Assembly: GCA_030065015.1 (NCBI GenBank)
Contig: JASJDU010000002.1
Span: 85,051 to 149,050 of the forward strand
Direction: 5' to 3'
From: Candidatus Caenarcanales bacterium
GTDB lineage: Bacteria; Cyanobacteriota; Vampirovibrionia; Caenarcaniphilales; Caenarcanaceae
Length of the DNA stretch: 64,000 bases
A program made the position numbers and the translations under genes. Below the pieces are notes generated by a model. That model did no database searches. It saw only the letters and a list, made by a program, of their open reading frames with translations, and had not been told where the DNA came from. The stretch's first letter is position 1. Every line of letters starts with the position of its first letter. Shown in pieces: positions 59,700-64,000 of the stretch.

Positions 59700-61982
59700 T
59701 TGAGCATTGTGTTGAGATCAGTTGAATTATCTACTTCAAGACAAGTTGAATTACCGACTCTAAGACAAAAAGCGCTGAAGAAGATAATTCCATCATTCCA
59801 GCGGGATCGTTTACCGCCTAAGGTTATAGAAAAGATCGAAGCAGCAACCTTTTTTGATGTGGATCCTTATGAAGGCTTAATAAAACTAGTGAGGAATTTG
59901 AAAGAAGAATCCTTGGGAGTAATTCAAAAACTTGAAAATTTTAATCTTTCTCAATTCGCTTCAGAAATTAACAGGGAAAAAAAGTCTTTTGAAGTTGATC
60001 AACCTAATTTTTTTGAAGATGATATTAAAGAGATTAGACGTTTAATAAACATGGCAAAAGGTAGATTGGTCTGCTCAATAGGTTCTAAAGAGAATCCTCA
60101 TGATTTTGATAGTAAAGTTGCTAATTACTCTCAATCAATTTTAATGGGACAAGGGTTATTTAATGACAAAATTGAAATACTTAGTACTATTTATGATAAT
60201 AAGTGTGAAGAAAAGAAATTTTATCAAGATCAATTAAGTTCTTTAAGGACCGTACTTGCGATAGTAAACAGTGGCTTCTCACAATGTAAAACCTCAAACA
60301 GTGGAGTAATTTCTCTAGATTCAAATTATCTTTTCACAAATGTAGTAGAGCAATACAATTGGGGAGAATCCTTTTGTGATTTACGCAGGATAAGCTCCAA
60401 AGAACTTTTTGCTATTCAAGGTTTAATTAATGAAAAAATAATCTATCTTTCAGATTTTTTGACGAAAAATGAAGAAATCCTAATTTCGTATCAAAATTAT
60501 ATCAATGCTCTTAGTAGTGAATTTGCTGAAGTTTGGAATAAAACTTTATTCCACCAAGACAAACATGTATTATGTTCTGCAATTGAAAAGTTGAGAAATA
60601 ATTTAAGTGCTGAAATTTCTGATAACCAAATAGAAATTAATGCTTATTGGGGGGATTATAATGATTCTGATTATGAATCTTTTATTTCTTTTTGGGAAGA
60701 TTATCAGCTGAAAAAAGATATAGAGGGGATTCAATGCTTAAATGAATATTGGGAAAAAACTTTAGAGCCTTTCTACTCGAGGTTAACTGATTATGAAAAA
60801 ACTTTTTTTCATAATACTTCTCAAGAAGAATTAGAGGAGTTAAACCTTGAATTGAGCAGTCAGTACAATTCTCAAATGGAAAAGTTTCGAAAAGAATTCG
60901 AAGATATAATAAAAATTTTGCCAGAAGAACTTGGAATAAAACTTGATTTTGATGAATCAACTGCTAATGATATTACTACTTATCGAGAAATTATTAGTAC
61001 TTGGGTAGATGACTTTAAGAAACTTGCTCGAGCTTCAGAGGCAGGTACTAGAGATCCCCAAGAGTTGAAGTTGAAGTATACGGAAGTTTGTGCATTACTT
61101 ACTTCTTTAGATAGCGGTGTTTATGATAAATTTTACTTTCTTCTGAAGTCACAAGAGACATTGAAAAAGTTAAGTGACTCTATGAAGTTATGCAATCTTG
61201 AAAAAGAAAAGTTTGTTACTGCGAAAAATGAAATTGTCTTCTGGAAAAAGATGGCTATTTCATTTAATCAGTTTAATGGAAATATCCTGGAAGATAATCA
61301 AGAAGTTAGTGCGAAGGTACTTTCTGAAATTGCTAAACATAAAAATCTCCCAAGTAACAAGAACTTAACGACAACAGAGGGAGATAATATGTCCGAGATT
61401 CTTAATAGTATATATGTGAAAAAAACTGCAGAGTATGAATCTCAAAAAGACTTATATAATCGGCAAGTAGCTATTTATGAAAAATTGCTGAAAATTTCAC
61501 GGGAGAATGACTTTATAAGACTAAATTTAGAAAATTCAATCCTCCGTTCTAAGCTTCATATCTATAATGAAATTCTAGATATTTTAAATCCTGAAGAAGA
61601 CAAAAAAGTTCATCTACTTCAACAAAAGCTGCAAAATCTGGAACAGGTTGTTGATAAATTAGAGAGAGAATTAACTTCTCTTAGGCGTTTGAGTGGTGAA
61701 TTGGTAAAAAATAACTCTGAAAACTCAAAAGTTAAATCAGTTGCAAGTTCTATAAATACTGGGTTTCAGAATCAACTAAATACTTTAAAAGCTCAATTGG
61801 CACAAATTATGAAAGCGCAACCATTTTTTATTGCTAGCCTGGGTTCTGGGTTATTCATTGCGTTGGGGGTAATGATTTCTAATTTGGTTAAAATGTTTTC
61901 TCCTTCTTCAGTTAACAATACGTCTTCTATCAGTGGATTAACAACTATGCCTCCTAGCTTCAACCAAAGTCAGAACCATTGA
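59700..61982 (+). CDS. Large coiled-coil hypothetical protein with a C-terminal TM segment
   Basis: 760 aa, E/K/L-rich; FFIASLGSGLFIALGVMI near the C-terminus. Confidence 0.8.
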   Translation: MSIVLRSVELSTSRQVELPTLRQKALKKIIPSFQRDRLPPKVIEKIEAATFFDVDPYEGLIKLVRNLKEESLGVIQKLENFNLSQFASEINREKKSFEVDQPNFFEDDIKEIRRLINMAKGRLVCSIGSKENPHDFDSKVANYSQSILMGQGLFNDKIEILSTIYDNKCEEKKFYQDQLSSLRTVLAIVNSGFSQCKTSNSGVISLDSNYLFTNVVEQYNWGESFCDLRRISSKELFAIQGLINEKIIYLSDFLTKNEEILISYQNYINALSSEFAEVWNKTLFHQDKHVLCSAIEKLRNNLSAEISDNQIEINAYWGDYNDSDYESFISFWEDYQLKKDIEGIQCLNEYWEKTLEPFYSRLTDYEKTFFHNTSQEELEELNLELSSQYNSQMEKFRKEFEDIIKILPEELGIKLDFDESTANDITTYREIISTWVDDFKKLARASEAGTRDPQELKLKYTEVCALLTSLDSGVYDKFYFLLKSQETLKKLSDSMKLCNLEKEKFVTAKNEIVFWKKMAISFNQFNGNILEDNQEVSAKVLSEIAKHKNLPSNKNLTTTEGDNMSEILNSIYVKKTAEYESQKDLYNRQVAIYEKLLKISRENDFIRLNLENSILRSKLHIYNEILDILNPEEDKKVHLLQQKLQNLEQVVDKLERELTSLRRLSGELVKNNSENSKVKSVASSINTGFQNQLNTLKAQLAQIMKAQPFFIASLGSGLFIALGVMISNLVKMFSPSSVNNTSSISGLTTMPPSFNQSQNH

Positions 61983-62141
61983 ATAGATTGAGAACTTTAA
62001 TAATCAATTTTTGGCAAAATAATCTTTAAAACGACTTGACGGATTATCTGCGTATAGTTATTATTTTTATTAAGAAAAGAATAAATTTCGTTTTTATAAG
62101 AGTTAGTTGTTAATTATTAATTTTATAAGTTAAGGAGATAT

Positions 62142-64000
62142 ATGGGAATTCGTGAAGTAGCAGGAAACAGTGTTAAGCAATTTGTAAAGAGCCATTCAAA
62201 AACAATTCAAGTACAAAAAAAAGGATTGAATGTTTCTGATGTTCCTGATGATAGGGATTCTACAAAATACTTTATTGATTCTGGTTCAAAGATTACAACA
62301 TTACAGAAGGAAATTGCTCCTCTTAACTCTAAGAGGCAGCAATTAAAAGCAGAAAAACGCTCTTTGGAAGATAAATTAGAAAAGTCTGCAGATGATAATG
62401 AAATTGCTTCACTAAAAGAAGCTATTTCAGAGATGCAAAATGAAATAGCTTCTAATCAATCTGAAATTGACAAAGTTTTTGGAAAAGAAGAATATCTTGA
62501 ATACTTTAATGGGCAGTATTGCCTTGTTCCTGCTGTTGACAGATTCACTTCATTGAAGGATCCAAAACTTTCTGAGGCATTAGGTGATAAGTATGAGCAG
62601 GAAGTAAATAAAGTTAGTAAATTTAGCAGTACTGTAACTGGATACGCTGTAGTTAATGGATATTTGTATGCTTATAAAGACGAAAGAGAGAGTGGAAGTG
62701 GAAAAGAAATTCAGTATCTAGGGAAAGAAACAGGCCCTAACAATTTTAGTAGTAATGAATTGATGTACCAATTACGGAAACAGACTGTCTTATATAGAAT
62801 GCCAGAAGGGGGGAATCAGTCAGTTCCTCTTAAATACAATGCTGAAGGAGAAAAAGTAGGAGGAGGTGGCCTTTATGCTGCTAGAGAAGGACAGGAACCT
62901 TTATCTGAAATTGCCAAGGCTCATGTGGATTTGCAAAATACAACACCTCTTTTGTTAAAACAGATTGAAGATCAGATTGACATACTGAACAAATCAATTA
63001 ATAAATATGGTTTGGAAGAACAAAATGCCGATGAGCAGATAAAAAGCTTGGAAAAACAGAAAGAAAAGCTAAAGAATTTTAAAGATGAAGTTTTTGCTTT
63101 TCTAGAAAAATATAATTTTGAAACTAAAGATATAACTATTAATCTTATTAATGACAATTTGGGTAAATTAGAAGCTCATCAAATAGCGATTTTCGTAGAC
63201 AATCCAATTGTTAGTGAGTATAAACAGCTTTTGAAGCAATTTAATGAAGTTTTCAAAGTAGGTAAAAGTAGTCTTAATGGTTTATTGGTAGAGAATACTA
63301 AACCTGACGCTAAGTTTCAATCTGAATTCCAGAAAATTTGTAGAGGTGTTGAGGCCCTAGATAGTCTAGAAAGTCTTAAAAAAGTACAACAAAATCTTAT
63401 GGATTATATATCGACAAATGGAGAGGGTATTGACAAAAAATTGAAAGCATCATTTGACTTTTTATCTGTGCAATTGAATACTTCTATAGATCTATACAAT
63501 CAATTGAGAGATTCTTCTGCAGGTGGAACTGCTGGAAAATATAAAGAATTCGAAAATGATTGGAATTCTATTCGGAACTATTTAAGAGAAGGTAACCAGA
63601 ATTATGTCTTAGTGAATGATCTTAAGTTAGATACTTTAAAGCATGATTTCCTCACAGAGAAGAATTTTGATGATTGTCATGCTGTTCAATATATTGATAT
63701 CCAACTCAAAGATGCTGGGAGTTCTAAAGAAAATGCTTCTATGAAAAGAATTGATTCTGAAGATAAATTAGCAGGATCCATTGAACGGAGGGGTCAATTG
63801 CAAGCACAACTGATTGAAGATGCTAGAGAATTAGATTTAATTAATGAAGAGGAATATATAAAATATAATGCTTATGTCGATGTTCACAATGGAAACGATG
63901 ACTTTGCAAATGCTCCAGTATTTCAGCTTTTAGAGGAGCAAGTAAATAACTTGGAATCTTCTATCAACGAAATTAAAAGAGAATTCAGCCAAATTAGCAA
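62142..64000 (+). CDS. Large hypothetical coiled-coil protein, runs off the window (about 619+ aa)
   Basis: AAGGAGA RBS, ATG at 62142 (MGIREVAGNSVKQF...); first ~140 codons translated by hand; absence from the ORF track is consistent with no stop inside the window. Confidence 0.8.
   Translation, partial: MGIREVAGNSVKQFVKSHSKTIQVQKKGLNVSDVPDDRDSTKYFIDSGSKITTLQKEIAPLNSKRQQLKAEKRSLEDKLEKSADDNEIASLKEAISEMQNEIASNQSEIDKVFGKEEYLEYFNGQYCLVPAVDRFTSLKDPKLSEALGDKYEQEVNKVSKFSSTVTGYAVVNGYLYAYKDERESGSGKEIQYLGKETGPNNFSSNELMYQLRKQTVLYRMPEGGNQSVPLKYNAEGEKVGGGGLYAAREGQEPLSEIAKAHVDLQNTTPLLLKQIEDQIDILNKSINKYGLEEQNADEQIKSLEKQKEKLKNFKDEVFAFLEKYNFETKDITINLINDNLGKLEAHQIAIFVDNPIVSEYKQLLKQFNEVFKVGKSSLNGLLVENTKPDAKFQSEFQKICRGVEALDSLESLKKVQQNLMDYISTNGEGIDKKLKASFDFLSVQLNTSIDLYNQLRDSSAGGTAGKYKEFENDWNSIRNYLREGNQNYVLVNDLKLDTLKHDFLTEKNFDDCHAVQYIDIQLKDAGSSKENASMKRIDSEDKLAGSIERRGQLQAQLIEDARELDLINEEEYIKYNAYVDVHNGNDDFANAPVFQLLEEQVNNLESSINEIKREFSQIS

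Overview
AT-rich bacterial chromosome segment, most likely from a non-photosynthetic Cyanobacteriota lineage (Melainabacteria/Vampirovibrionia). This is an inference from the cyanobacteria-like 23S rRNA, BioU, b/b' ATP synthase subunits, a ferrochelatase without a CAB tail, flagellar-type genes and the absence of photosynthesis genes. Most of the window is housekeeping genes in heavily shuffled order: smpB, mnmG, argG, hisZ-hisG, secE-nusG, pepA, a partial atp operon, rlmD, hemC, argS, bioU, hemH, gpsA and thrS. It also holds tRNA-Val(GAC), tRNA-Ile(GAT) and a stand-alone 23S rRNA with its own promoter and processing stem but no 16S or 5S. Accessory highlights: (1) a divergent minimal flagellar/type III export cluster (FlhA/SctV-like plus FlgF/FlgG-like rods and orphan genes) next to two signal-less trypsin-like paralogs, possibly a repurposed flagellum-derived secretion system; (2) a decayed 2.6-kb island at tRNA-Val whose att core lies inside a small ORF, so integration or excision would swap that ORF's C-terminus; (3) a hicAB cassette bracketed by a 69-bp duplication of the 3' end of an aminotransferase gene; (4) an orphan CydA-like protein fused to a cytochrome c domain; (5) several repeated operator-like motifs and orphan secreted proteins. 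All calls come from motif recognition by eye; no database searches were run.
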